Assembly (NCBI GenBank): GCA_964615425.1
Contig: CAZTOB010000001.1
Coordinates: forward strand, 6,369-56,186
Direction: 5' to 3'
From: an uncultured Candidatus Saccharibacteria bacterium
GTDB taxonomy: Bacteria > Patescibacteriota > Minisyncoccia > Minisyncoccales > CAYTKG01
Length of the DNA: 49,818 bases
Numbering within the stretch: position 1 is the stretch's first letter; every line of letters starts with the position of its first letter. Shown in pieces: positions 8,921 through 17,737 of this stretch. The notes under the pieces were generated by a model. The model did not search any database. It was not told where the DNA came from and saw only the letters and a list, made by a program, of their open reading frames with translations. The translations under genes were made by a program, and so were the position numbers.

Positions 8921-10471
8921 ATGAATTACTTGCGAATCGGCAGAGCCGGGGAATTAAAAGATCCGAAGGAGCGTAAATTGTATCGTTTTTTAGAACTGGT
9001 CCCCGGAGGCCTAACATGGCTTACTTTAATCGGCGCCCTCCTTTTAGCTTGGATGGCGCCTTTTTTCACTTCTTATCTTTTGATTGTTTTTGTTGTTTTT
9101 TGGTTTTTAAGAAGTACTTACCTAAACTCACATCTTTGGACGAGTTTTAAAAAAATGAAGGAGGTTCAAAGTAAAAACTGGTTGGAAAAGTTAAAGAACC
9201 TTAAAGACTACTCGTTGGACATTAAAAGCTGGAGGGAGATTTATCATGTTGTTTTGCTTCCCAACTACAAAGAGCCTTACGAGGTAATAAAAGAAAGCGT
9301 TGATTCAATTCTTAGTTCGAACTATCCCAAGGATCGTTTGATTGTTGTTTTAAGCTTTGAGGAAAGAGCAGGAGAGGAAAGAAAAGAAGTTGCCCGGAAA
9401 CTGAAGGAAGAGTTTGATGGTAAATTCAAAAGTCTCGTTGTTACCTTCCATCCCGGGGATTTGGAGGGTGAAATTCCAGGTCACGGATCAAACGACGCCT
9501 GGGCTTCAAAGGAAGTAAAAAGAAAGGTTTTGGACCCAATGGGAATTTCTTATGAAAATGTGATAACTTCTTCTTTTGACACGGATACCATTGTTTACCC
9601 CGATTACTTTGCTCGTCTTGGTTATGTTTATCTTACCACTGAAGACCCCACCCGTGCTTCTTATCAACCGGTACCCCTTTTCAATAATAATATTTGGAAA
9701 GTTCCGTTTTTTTCTCAGACGTCTTCCTTTTCCACTACTTTTTGGCAGATGATGTGTCAGGAGAGGAAAAACAAACTGGTTAGTTTTTCCTCTCATTCTA
9801 TGAGCTTTAAGGCTTTATATGAGGTGGGCTACAAACAACCCAACATCATTGCTGACGACTCCAGAATATTTTATCAGTGTTTTTTCAAGTTTAACGGAGA
9901 TTACAGGGTGAAACCTCTTTATTATCCCGTCTCTATGGATGCCAACGAAGGAAAAAACTTCTGGGCGACGGTTAAAAATATTTACAAGCAGAAGAAAAGG
10001 TGGGCTTACGGGGCGGAGGATGTTCCTTATTTTCTCTACGGTTGTTTAAAAAACAAGAAGATTCCTTTAAGGAAAAAAATATCCAGGGGGGTGGAACTTG
10101 TTGTTGGGCACTGGACATGGGCGACGACATCCGTTTTAATATTTGCTCTTGGCTGGCTCCCCATCTTTTTGGGAGGAAAAGAGTTCAACCGCTCTTTGGT
10201 CTCTTACAGCGTTCCTTATTTAGCCAGCCGGGTGATGACCATCGCTATGATCGGGCTTATAACATCCATCTGGTTTGCTGCGCAACTTTTACCGGTCAGT
10301 GAAAAAGAAAAAAAAGCGAAGGGGAAACTTCGCTATGTTGGTTTTCTTTTGAGTTGGTTTTTGGTGCCTTTCGAGCTGCTTATCTTCGACTCCCTTCCTG
10401 CTATTCATGCTCAAACAAAAATTTTTACCCAGGACTATCTTCAATTCTGGAACACGCCCAAGTCCAGGTAA
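8921..10471 (+). CDS. Membrane-embedded family 2 glycosyltransferase (processive beta-glycan synthase-like)
   Basis: TM helices lie at both ends. The cytoplasmic GT-A core carries SFDTDT, ADDSRIF and a Q-x-x-R-W-like motif (KQKKRWAYG). Confidence 0.65.
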   Translation: MNYLRIGRAGELKDPKERKLYRFLELVPGGLTWLTLIGALLLAWMAPFFTSYLLIVFVVFWFLRSTYLNSHLWTSFKKMKEVQSKNWLEKLKNLKDYSLDIKSWREIYHVVLLPNYKEPYEVIKESVDSILSSNYPKDRLIVVLSFEERAGEERKEVARKLKEEFDGKFKSLVVTFHPGDLEGEIPGHGSNDAWASKEVKRKVLDPMGISYENVITSSFDTDTIVYPDYFARLGYVYLTTEDPTRASYQPVPLFNNNIWKVPFFSQTSSFSTTFWQMMCQERKNKLVSFSSHSMSFKALYEVGYKQPNIIADDSRIFYQCFFKFNGDYRVKPLYYPVSMDANEGKNFWATVKNIYKQKKRWAYGAEDVPYFLYGCLKNKKIPLRKKISRGVELVVGHWTWATTSVLIFALGWLPIFLGGKEFNRSLVSYSVPYLASRVMTIAMIGLITSIWFAAQLLPVSEKEKKAKGKLRYVGFLLSWFLVPFELLIFDSLPAIHAQTKIFTQDYLQFWNTPKSR

Positions 10472-10472
10472 C

Positions 10473-12554
10473 TTATTCTAAATGAACATTTTTTGAAAAG
10501 CGCTTCAAGCGCTTTTTTAAAACGAGATATTCGTTTAAGGAAGGAGATTTTTTTAGTATTTCTTGGGCTCTTTTTCTCGCTTTTTTAACCATTTTTAAAT
10601 CCCCCAAAGAAGCCATCATTAGTCCGGTTTTTCCGGATTGTCTTTGTCCCAAAAAGTCTCCCACGCCCCTTATTTGAAGATCTTTTTCTGCTAATTTGAA
10701 ACCGTCGTTTGTCTCAACTAAAGCACGCAGTCTTTCGGTTTCCCTTTTTTCTTCGGAGGTTGGAAAAAGGAAACAATGAGAGGGGGTGTTTGAACGCCCT
10801 ATTCGCCCTCTAAGTTGGTGAAGTTGAGCCAGGCCGAATCTTTCCGCTCCTTCTATAATCATCACCGACGCCCGGGGCACGTCTATCCCGACTTCAATTA
10901 TTGAGGTGGAAAGCAGGATGTCTATCTCACCCGCTGAAAATTTTTTCATGGTTTTTTCTTTTCTCTCATTGTCGACTTGGCCGTGTATTTTCTTTACTTT
11001 TAGGCCGGGGAAAACTTTTTTGCTTAAAAACTCCCAGTTTTCTTCTATTGATTTTACATCCGTTTTCTCATCGAGTGATATGCGGGGAAAAATTATGAAA
11101 GCCTGTCTTCCTTTTTTCACCTCGCTTTTTACGAATTCATATATTTTACCTCTTTCTTTTTGAGGAACAATTACGGTGCGAACTTTTCTCTCTCCGTGGG
11201 GCATCTCGTCAATTGTTGAAATATCCAGATCACCATATATTGTCAATCCAAGGCTGCGGGGGATGGGTGTGGCTGTCATGCTTAAAAAGTGGGCATATTT
11301 TTCACTTCCTTTTTCCCTTAGTTTCTTCCTTTGCTTTACCCCAAAGCGGTGCTGTTCATCGATTACGACAAAAGCTAGTTTGGAAAAGCTGACACCTTTT
11401 TGAATTAAAGCGTGAGTTCCAACCACTATATCAACCCTTCCCTCTTTAATCATTTTTAAAAATCCTTGTTTTTTTGTTTTTAATATCTTTCCTTCTTCAG
11501 CAACCCTGCTTTTGGAGCCGGTTAAAAGGCCTGTCGAAACGTTTGTGTTTTTGAAAAACCTGCTTAGTTTTTGAAAGTGCTGGTGGGCCAAAATTTCAGT
11601 TGGAGCCATTAATGCGGTTTGGAAGTCGTTTCTTGCAGTGTTTAAAGCGGCGATAGCGGCCGTTATTGTTTTTCCCGACCCTACGTCTCCCTGAAGAAGA
11701 CGCGCCATGGGACTTTCTTCTTCCATATCTTTTAAAATCTCCCAGGCAGCTCTTTTTTGAGAGTCGGTGAGAGTAAAAGGAAGGCTTTTTACAAACTTTT
11801 TAATCTCTTCTTTTTTGAAGTTAACTTTCCAGGATTTTTTCTGCCTTACCTTTCTTCTGGATCGGAGCATTTTAAGTTCCAACAAAAAAAGCTCCTCGAA
11901 GGAGAAGCGTCTTACAGCTTCCTTTTTGGTTTTTTTACTTTCAGGAAAGTGAATTTCTTTTAATGCTTTTTTAAAAGAGTAAAGATTTTCTTTTTTAATA
12001 ATCTCCGAGGGAAGAGTTTCCGGCATGCGGGGGGATATTTCTTTTACCAGAGGGAAAAGAACGTATCTCAGCCACCGGGAGGAGACGCCCTCCGTCTCTG
12101 GATAAACGGGGACTAGTCTGGCAGTGTGAATTTGTTCTTTTTTTTCTCTTTCATGGATCGGGTTGGAGAGAAAGGGTCCATTCTTACCGACTTTAATCGG
12201 TCCGGCAAAGTAAAAAACCTCTTTTTTTTGAAAAGTTTCTTCCAGGTAAGGCTGGTTAAACCACAAGGCTGGAATCAGCCCTGTTTCGTCTTTGACAAAG
12301 GCTTTGGTAATTGTCATTCTTTTTTTTGCAGTCCGCTCATTTAAAACACGGGCCACCCGGCCCCTAACACAGACTTTTTCTTTGGGTTCTGCCCCCCTGG
12401 CTTTTTTTATTTTCACTACGGAAGAAAAATCTTCATAACGATGAGGAAAATGAAAAAGGAGATCTCCTAAATTTTTAATTCCCAAGTTTTCAAGTCTTTT
12501 GGCGTATTTGTCCGAAATCTTGGGTGTTTTTTTAATGGGGGTTTTAAGGTTCAT
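10473..12554 (-). CDS. recG: ATP-dependent DNA helicase RecG
   Basis: It has an N-terminal wedge/OB region, Walker A LLQGDVGSGKT, DEQHRFGV, MTATPIPRSL and helicase C motifs, including the RecG-typical QLHQLRGRIGR. Confidence 0.9.
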   Translation of the reverse strand: MNLKTPIKKTPKISDKYAKRLENLGIKNLGDLLFHFPHRYEDFSSVVKIKKARGAEPKEKVCVRGRVARVLNERTAKKRMTITKAFVKDETGLIPALWFNQPYLEETFQKKEVFYFAGPIKVGKNGPFLSNPIHEREKKEQIHTARLVPVYPETEGVSSRWLRYVLFPLVKEISPRMPETLPSEIIKKENLYSFKKALKEIHFPESKKTKKEAVRRFSFEELFLLELKMLRSRRKVRQKKSWKVNFKKEEIKKFVKSLPFTLTDSQKRAAWEILKDMEEESPMARLLQGDVGSGKTITAAIAALNTARNDFQTALMAPTEILAHQHFQKLSRFFKNTNVSTGLLTGSKSRVAEEGKILKTKKQGFLKMIKEGRVDIVVGTHALIQKGVSFSKLAFVVIDEQHRFGVKQRKKLREKGSEKYAHFLSMTATPIPRSLGLTIYGDLDISTIDEMPHGERKVRTVIVPQKERGKIYEFVKSEVKKGRQAFIIFPRISLDEKTDVKSIEENWEFLSKKVFPGLKVKKIHGQVDNERKEKTMKKFSAGEIDILLSTSIIEVGIDVPRASVMIIEGAERFGLAQLHQLRGRIGRSNTPSHCFLFPTSEEKRETERLRALVETNDGFKLAEKDLQIRGVGDFLGQRQSGKTGLMMASLGDLKMVKKARKRAQEILKKSPSLNEYLVLKKRLKRFSKNVHLE

Positions 12555-13540
12555 TTTTGAAAAGAAGAAAAGTTTAGATTTCTTTTTTGAAGTATTTTTC
12601 TTGTCATTCCCTTGGTTTTTTCAGCCCACCTTGATTCGGTAAAAAATCGTAAATCTTCTTTTGTGTGAGAGTCGCCCCCTCCGCTTTGTATAAGTCCGTA
12701 TTTTTCGGTTAGTTTTTTCATTGTTTTCATATCTTTTTCGACTTCGAAGGTGGGGTTTTCTAAAAGACTGAGACAGAAAATTATTTCTGCCCCGTCCAAC
12801 CTTTTCTGCCGGAAGATTTTTTCGGCCAGCTTTTTATTAAATTTGTGTTTACTTAAGCTCCAGTGAGCTAAAATTGCTATTCCCCCCGCTTCTCTAATTA
12901 ACTTTACGGTTTCATCAAGCGGTGTGAAGTAAAGATAAGGAATCCAACTTTTAAAAATTGCGTTTTCGCTTAAAAATAATCCGTAAGGCCAGTTTTTCTT
13001 GTCTCTTGACTTTATTCTTTCCCACATTTTTTTAGATTCTGAATCTTTCTTCTTACTGGCTCTTCCGGCATATTTCATTATGAGCTTTCTATTTTCTTTC
13101 TTTTTATTGAGTTCTTCTACTATGTGGGGTCTTCCGAGAGATTTTTTATTCTTTATTCTTTCAAAGCTTATATCAAACCCCAGCTTGGCGAGGTTTTGAA
13201 TCATCCCCCGGGCTCTTTCTTCCCGCGCTGCAGCAGCCTTTTTGCAGTAATTTTTTAAAGGTTTGTTTGTGGGGTCGATAAAAAGTCCTACGATGTGAAA
13301 ATTGCTGGCCGCTCCCCCTATTTCTTTGGGCCATCCCGAAGAAATTTCTATGCCCATGATCCATTTTGTAGGATGGTTTTTGTTTTCTTCTAAAACCTTC
13401 AGGTCTTTTTTCCCCGGAAGACGGTCGTGGTCTGTAAAAGCTACCACCGATATTTTATTTTCCGTGCAGGCATCCAAAACTTCTTCGTAATTTAATTCTC
13501 CGTCCGAAGTTGTGGTATGCGCGTGTAAGTTTTCATACAT
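12551..13540 (-). CDS. PHP-domain metal-dependent phosphoesterase
   Basis: N-terminal LHAHTTTSDG and AFTDHD are present, with later His-containing motifs (LAHW, GGGDSH). It overlaps the recG start by 4 nt. Confidence 0.7.
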   Translation of the reverse strand: MYENLHAHTTTSDGELNYEEVLDACTENKISVVAFTDHDRLPGKKDLKVLEENKNHPTKWIMGIEISSGWPKEIGGAASNFHIVGLFIDPTNKPLKNYCKKAAAAREERARGMIQNLAKLGFDISFERIKNKKSLGRPHIVEELNKKKENRKLIMKYAGRASKKKDSESKKMWERIKSRDKKNWPYGLFLSENAIFKSWIPYLYFTPLDETVKLIREAGGIAILAHWSLSKHKFNKKLAEKIFRQKRLDGAEIIFCLSLLENPTFEVEKDMKTMKKLTEKYGLIQSGGGDSHTKEDLRFFTESRWAEKTKGMTRKILQKRNLNFSSFQK

Positions 13541-13553
13541 ATCTCATTATATC

Positions 13554-13577
13554 AAAAAAGGGCAAAAAAGCCCTTTT
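13554..13577 (-). terminator. Candidate terminator downstream of tRNA-Arg (minus strand)
   Basis: aaaaagggc-aaaaaa-gcccttttt is a short GC stem extended by A:T pairs. On the minus strand a U run follows it. Confidence 0.4.
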
Positions 13578-13654
13578 TGGTGCGCCCAGCAGGACTTGAA
13601 CCTGCACTTTTCGGCTCCGCAAGCCGACGTTTTTTCCAATTAAACTATGGGCGC
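13578..13654 (-). tRNA. tRNA-Arg (anticodon GCG), CCA encoded
   Basis: The reverse complement folds as follows: acceptor gcgccca/tgggcgc, D stem gttt/aaac, anticodon stem tcggc/gccga with loop tt-GCG-ga. The T arm is gcagg-ttcaagt-cctgc, then discriminator A and CCA. Confidence 0.85.
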
Positions 13655-13698
13655 CTTGTAAATTCATTAAAGCATAAAAACGAGAAAAGATAAAGTTA

Positions 13699-13707
13699 TG
13701 TTATAAT
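13699..13707 (+). promoter_or_regulatory. Extended -10 box TGTTATAAT upstream of the tRNA-Ser pair
   Basis: tgttataat lies about 50 nt upstream of the first tRNA-Ser, in the divergent region shared with tRNA-Arg. Confidence 0.3.
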
Positions 13708-13758
13708 CAGAGTGAAAGTTTACTTTCTTTAAAATTTGTGTTTTACTAATCAAAGAGA

Positions 13759-13842
13759 GGAGGAGTCGCATAATGGTATTGCAATGGCTTGCTAAGCCAT
13801 GACGGTTTATCCGTCCTGCGGGTTCAAATCCCGCCTCCTCCG
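13759..13842 (+). tRNA. tRNA-Ser (anticodon GCT), CCA not encoded
   Basis: The acceptor is ggaggag/ctcctcc. The anticodon stem atggc/gccat carries loop tt-GCT-aa. It has a long variable arm (gacggtttatccgtcc) and T arm gcggg-ttcaaat-cccgc. Confidence 0.85.
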
Positions 13843-13849
13843 CATTTAC

Positions 13850-13933
13850 GGTGGGCTGCGCCGAATTGGCAAGGCACCGGTTTTGAAAACCGGCGGGCTT
13901 CGGCCCTTACAGGTTCAAGTCCTGTGCCCACCG
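13850..13933 (+). tRNA. tRNA-Ser (anticodon TGA), CCA not encoded
   Basis: The acceptor is ggtgggc/gcccacc. The anticodon stem ccggt/accgg carries loop tt-TGA-aa. It has a long variable arm (cgggcttcggccc) and T arm acagg-ttcaagt-cctgt. Confidence 0.85.
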
Positions 13934-13947
13934 CTAAGCATTAAAGT

Positions 13948-14385
13948 ATGAAAACGGTAAAAGAATTTTCAGCTGGAGGGGTGGTATTTAAAAAAGAGGC
14001 CGAGCCTCTTTTTCTCTTGGGCAAACACTCCGGTTATCACAAGTGGGTTCTGCCCAAGGGCAGACCTGAAAAAGAAGAAACTCCGTCTGAAACTGCTAAG
14101 AGGGAAATAAAAGAGGAGACGGGGATTGATGCCAAGCTTGTTTTTGAGAAACCGCTTGTTAAGGAGCACTATTTTTACACCAAAGAAGAAAACAAAAAAA
14201 AGATAAGAGTTTCAAAAAGAGTCTTTTTCTATCTTTTCCGTTTTAAAAAGGGGGCGATCAAAGATCACGGCTGGGAGATGGAAAAAGTTGGCTGGTTTTT
14301 TTACAAAGAGGCTTTAGAGAAGATGGCTTTTTCCGGGGAGAAAGAAGCCGTTAAAAAAGCAAGAATAAAAATTGCTAACCTTTAG
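13948..14385 (+). CDS. NUDIX hydrolase
   Basis: The Nudix box is GRPEKEETPSETAKREIKEETG (GX5EX7REUXEEXGU). Confidence 0.85.
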   Translation: MKTVKEFSAGGVVFKKEAEPLFLLGKHSGYHKWVLPKGRPEKEETPSETAKREIKEETGIDAKLVFEKPLVKEHYFYTKEENKKKIRVSKRVFFYLFRFKKGAIKDHGWEMEKVGWFFYKEALEKMAFSGEKEAVKKARIKIANL

Positions 14386-15031
14386 CAATTACCAATCCTT
14401 TTACTTCGTCGGCTCCCGCCCTTTTTAAGGTTTTGTGGGCCTGAGTCAGGGTGGTCAGGGTGGTTGCGGTGTCATCGAAGATGATTATTTTCTTATCCCT
14501 TACTTCTTCAGGCTTCGGGCAAAAAAAGGCGCTTTCCAGGTTTCTTTTTCTTTGAGGAAGGGGCAGTCCAGTTTGCGGCTTTGTTTTCCTTCTTTTTTTG
14601 AGCAAGGAAGAGGAAAAAGGGAGTCCGTAGTAGCCGGCAATTATTTTCATTATCCGGGACGATTGGTTAAACCCTCTCCATCTTTTCCGAGCGGGAAAAA
14701 GCGGAACCGGGATTAAGAGATGGTCTTTTTGCTCTAAAAAGTCAGGTTTCTTTTCTAAGATGTTAAAATAAGTTATAATAACAAAAGCTAGTTCAGTAGC
14801 AAGCTGCCGGGCAAAAGGAGGATTTTTGTACTTTTTGACCATTTTTTCAACAAGACTGTTTCTGTAATCCGCAGCGAAGTAAATGGTGAAAGGTTTTTTT
14901 ATGGGACGGGTTGGAAAGTCCAGGGTGGAAAGACAATCTTGACAAAGGTAGCTTCCGTATCGCCGGCAGCCCAAACAATACTTCGGGAAAAGAAAATCCG
15001 CTAAAAAGTTTTTAATTCTTAAAAAAAGCAT
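14375..15031 (-). CDS. comFC: ComF-family phosphoribosyltransferase-like competence protein (start trimmed to the internal ATG at 15031)
   Basis: It has an N-terminal zinc finger (CLGCRRYGSYLCQDC) and a C-terminal PRT-type loop (IIIFDDTATTLTTL). The 75 upstream codons in the ORF track are low-quality and would overlap pilM. Confidence 0.75.
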   Translation of the reverse strand: MLFLRIKNFLADFLFPKYCLGCRRYGSYLCQDCLSTLDFPTRPIKKPFTIYFAADYRNSLVEKMVKKYKNPPFARQLATELAFVIITYFNILEKKPDFLEQKDHLLIPVPLFPARKRWRGFNQSSRIMKIIAGYYGLPFSSSLLKKRRKTKPQTGLPLPQRKRNLESAFFCPKPEEVRDKKIIIFDDTATTLTTLTQAHKTLKRAGADEVKGLVIAKG

Positions 15032-15057
15032 TGTAGTCCGTTTTCTTTCATTTTTTA

Positions 15058-15066
15058 TGTTACAAT
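15058..15066 (+). promoter_or_regulatory. Extended -10 box TGTTACAAT upstream of pilM
   Basis: tgttacaat lies 23 nt before the pilM ATG, in the comFC-pilM divergent spacer. Confidence 0.3.
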
Positions 15067-15088
15067 ATGAAAACGGGCTCCGAAAGTT

Positions 15089-16153
15089 ATGATTTGGCCA
15101 TCTAAAAAGGAAAAAGAAACTTCTGTGGGAATAGATATCGGTACTTCGGCGGTTAGGATCGTTGAGGTTAGCCGGCATGGTGAACAAGCTAAGTTGGAAA
15201 ACTACGGGGAGCTTTCCATTCCGCTTGATCTCCCCCTTTATTTCGGACAAACTCACAGGGGAAGGCTGCTCTTTTCAAGTAAAAGATTGGCAGAAATGAT
15301 AAGCGAGCTTCGGCAAAAGGCGGGAATAGAAAAAAGAAGCGCCTTCTTTTCGATCCCTGATTTTTCCACTCTTTTAACCACTTTTGAACTTCCCCCTATG
15401 AAGCTAGAAGAGGTTTCGAAAGCGGTTCAGTTTGAGGCTCGCAACCGGGTCCCTCTTCCCATTTCGGAAGTTACCTTAGATTGGATGGTTATGGAGGGAG
15501 GGTTGACAGAAAGGTCAAAAGAGCCGGTAAAGATTATGTTGGTGGTCGTTCCCAACAGGGTGATAGAAAAATATACGGAAATTGCTCAGCTGTGCGGGTT
15601 GGAGTTAAAAGGCATGGAGGTGGAGGTTTTTTCTCTCCAGCGGTCCTTAATAAAAGATGACAAAAAGACCGTTGCTCTGATTGATATCGGGGCGCAGAGT
15701 ACGACCTGCAACATTGTTGACAGAGGAGTTTTGAAAAGATCACGAAGCTTCAGTATTGCAGGGACTAATTTAACAGAAAGAATATCCGAGGCGTTTGAAA
15801 TCGAATATCAAAAAGCGGAGACGATAAAAGAAAACCAAGGGTTGAAAGAAGGTAATTACAACTTAAGCGAGATTTTAATTCCGGTTTTGGACCTTATACT
15901 CACGGAAATTAAGGAATCTTCTGACGATTTTTATCATGAATCTGGGCGGCAAGTTGAAAAATACCAAGTTGCAGGAGGAACAGCTGCTCTGCCCGGATTG
16001 GAAGAGTATTTCACCGAATCTTTAAAAAAAGAAGTAGAAGTGGGGTTTCCTTTTAAGGGGATGGTTTACCCCTCAATTTTAAAAAAAGAACTTAAAAGAA
16101 TCGGTCCCGCTTTTGTCGTGGCAACCGGGGTCGCATTAAAAGGGATAAGATAA
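15089..16153 (+). CDS. pilM: Type IV pilus assembly protein PilM (actin-like ATPase fold)
   Basis: VGIDIGTSAVRIVEV phosphate-1 motif, DIGAQSTTCNIV and AGGTAALPGL; the size and first position in the pil operon fit PilM. Confidence 0.85.
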   Translation: MIWPSKKEKETSVGIDIGTSAVRIVEVSRHGEQAKLENYGELSIPLDLPLYFGQTHRGRLLFSSKRLAEMISELRQKAGIEKRSAFFSIPDFSTLLTTFELPPMKLEEVSKAVQFEARNRVPLPISEVTLDWMVMEGGLTERSKEPVKIMLVVVPNRVIEKYTEIAQLCGLELKGMEVEVFSLQRSLIKDDKKTVALIDIGAQSTTCNIVDRGVLKRSRSFSIAGTNLTERISEAFEIEYQKAETIKENQGLKEGNYNLSEILIPVLDLILTEIKESSDDFYHESGRQVEKYQVAGGTAALPGLEEYFTESLKKEVEVGFPFKGMVYPSILKKELKRIGPAFVVATGVALKGIR

Positions 16154-16154
16154 A

Positions 16155-16718
16155 ATGGCTATACAATTAGTACCCAAATCAAGTCAAGGGGCAGAGTCTA
16201 AAGTTACCGGAAAAGAGGTCGTTTACTATCTTTTGTTGGGGTTGGCTCTTTTTGTTACTTTTTCCTTTCTTTATCTTCATTTTGTTGGTAGCAAAATGGA
16301 CAAAGAAACTGTAGCTATAGAGCGGAAGCTGCTCGAAAGTCGTTCTGGGGAGTTTGAAGAATTAGAAAGAAGTATTTTAAAAGCTGAAACTAAAGTCAGC
16401 TTGTTTTCCAAGTTTTTGGACTCGCACAAGAAAAATTCGTTCTTTTTTGATTATTTATCCACTCTTTGTCATAAGGAAGTTTTCTTCACCCATCTTAATT
16501 TAAATGCGGACAATGCAACTGCTGAACTAGATGGAAAAACGGAAGATTTTGCTCGTCTGCGTCAGCAGATTCTGATATTAAGAAGCGAGGAAGAAATCAA
16601 AGAAGTTAAATTAAAAAGCGTGTCGATAAATCAAGAGAGAGGGATAGATTTTTCTTTAAATTTATCTTTTGATTCATCTATTTTAAAAGAGGGGTTTAAA
16701 AAAGAAACTGAAGAATAA
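16155..16718 (+). CDS. pilN: PilN-like bitopic pilus alignment protein
   Basis: It has a short cytoplasmic N-terminus, one TM helix (VVYYLLLGLALFVTFSFLYLHFV), a coiled coil and a ferredoxin-like C-terminal region. It starts 2 nt after pilM. Confidence 0.6.
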   Translation: MAIQLVPKSSQGAESKVTGKEVVYYLLLGLALFVTFSFLYLHFVGSKMDKETVAIERKLLESRSGEFEELERSILKAETKVSLFSKFLDSHKKNSFFFDYLSTLCHKEVFFTHLNLNADNATAELDGKTEDFARLRQQILILRSEEEIKEVKLKSVSINQERGIDFSLNLSFDSSILKEGFKKETEE

Positions 16719-16719
16719 T

Positions 16720-17340
16720 ATGAATAAAACCGTTCCAATACTTTTTCTTTTAAGTTACGTTGTAGGCGGGGGCTTTAGCCTTGTTGTACCTAAAATAAGA
16801 ACCTTTCGGGAAAAAAGAGAAGATCTCCTTTTGAAAAAAGAAACTCTTGGGAATAGAGAGGAGTACATCGAGCATCTTGTTAGTCTTTCCGAAGAATTAG
16901 AAAGACGAGAAGAAGAAATGGAGAAAGTAAGTAAAGCGTTTCCTGACCACCCGGAAACCTCTTGGTTGGCTGAGTTTTTAGAGAAAGTGACCCCTCAGTC
17001 CGGGATGACGTTAAAAGAGGTTGGTTCTTTTTCAACTTCTGTTTCAGAAACCTCAACCGGTCAAAAAATTGTAGAAACGAAACTTAGAATAAAAGTCAAT
17101 GGAAGCTATACGTCTTTTTTAAACTTTTTAGAAACCCTTGAAAAATCAGTCCGTTTGATTGAAGTAGAAAACATTACTTTTTCGGCTGTTCTTTCTGAAG
17201 AACAGGGAGAAGAAAATTTTGAAGGAGAGTTCGAGGAACTTGAAGAAGGGTCCGAGGAAGAAGAAAGGAAGCCAACTAAAATGTATGATTTCTCTTTGAC
17301 CTGCAAGGTTCGTTCCGGTGAATTTAATTTTAAAAATTAA
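16720..17340 (+). CDS. pilO: PilO-like bitopic pilus alignment protein
   Basis: It has an N-terminal TM helix and a coiled coil. The LRIKVNGSYTSFLNFLETLEKSVRLIEVENITF pattern is typical of PilO C-domains. It ends in an acidic tail. Confidence 0.55.
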   Translation: MNKTVPILFLLSYVVGGGFSLVVPKIRTFREKREDLLLKKETLGNREEYIEHLVSLSEELERREEEMEKVSKAFPDHPETSWLAEFLEKVTPQSGMTLKEVGSFSTSVSETSTGQKIVETKLRIKVNGSYTSFLNFLETLEKSVRLIEVENITFSAVLSEEQGEENFEGEFEELEEGSEEEERKPTKMYDFSLTCKVRSGEFNFKN

Positions 17341-17347
17341 ATAAGTT

Positions 17348-17713
17348 ATGCCAAATATAATTAAAAAGAATAAAAAGTCGATTCTTCTTGCTGGTAGTTT
17401 GCTTTTGGGAGGTGTGATTAGTTTAATTTTTATTCTTTCTTTAAGCTCAAAAAAGGAAGTTACTCCTCTTGAGTCCGAAGAAGAAATTGGAGTTGACTTT
17501 AGTGTTTTTGAAAAAGAAGAGTTTCAGGAATTGGAGGTTTTTGAACACGAAAGCGAAGCGCCCGAAGAAAAAGGAAGAGAAAATCCTTTTGAAGAGTATG
17601 AAATAGTCGAAGAAGACGAGGAGCAGCCGGAAGAAGAAGATAAGGAAATCGAGGAGCTTCCTGAAGAAGATGAGGAAATCGAGGAGCTTCCTGAAGAAGA
17701 AATCTTGGAATAA
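17348..17713 (+). CDS. Hypothetical bitopic protein with an extremely acidic repeat tail (pilus-locus accessory)
   Basis: One TM helix (SILLAGSLLLGGVISLIFILSL) is followed by an E/D-rich region ending in a duplicated EIEELPEE unit. Confidence 0.5.
   Translation: MPNIIKKNKKSILLAGSLLLGGVISLIFILSLSSKKEVTPLESEEEIGVDFSVFEKEEFQELEVFEHESEAPEEKGRENPFEEYEIVEEDEEQPEEEDKEIEELPEEDEEIEELPEEEILE
17641..17700 (+). repeat. Tandem 30-bp direct repeat (two units, one mismatch) inside the acidic tail
   Basis: taaggaaatcgaggagcttcctgaagaaga is directly followed by tgaggaaatcgaggagcttcctgaagaaga. Confidence 0.9.
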
Positions 17714-17737
17714 TAATTTAATATTTAATTTTTTTCA

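Noticed and set aside
13578-13655. The extra G at 13655 could make the minus-strand tRNA a G-1-bearing tRNA-His.
   Set aside because: The anticodon is GCG, not GTG. The 7-bp acceptor gcgccca/tgggcgc with U8 and A9 fits best without the extra base.
13850-13933. Possible selenocysteine tRNA, considered because of the long variable arm and the letters TGA in the anticodon.
   Set aside because: Anticodon TGA reads the UCA serine codon, whereas tRNA-Sec needs anticodon TCA. The acceptor and T-stem lengths are the normal 7/5, not 8/5.
15032-15256. 75-codon N-terminal extension of comFC in the ORF track.
   Set aside because: The extension would overlap the pilM start and promoter region, and its sequence (…RSFFFLFRWPNHNFRS…) is not ComF-like. 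The ComF zinc-finger N-terminus begins right after the internal ATG at 15031.
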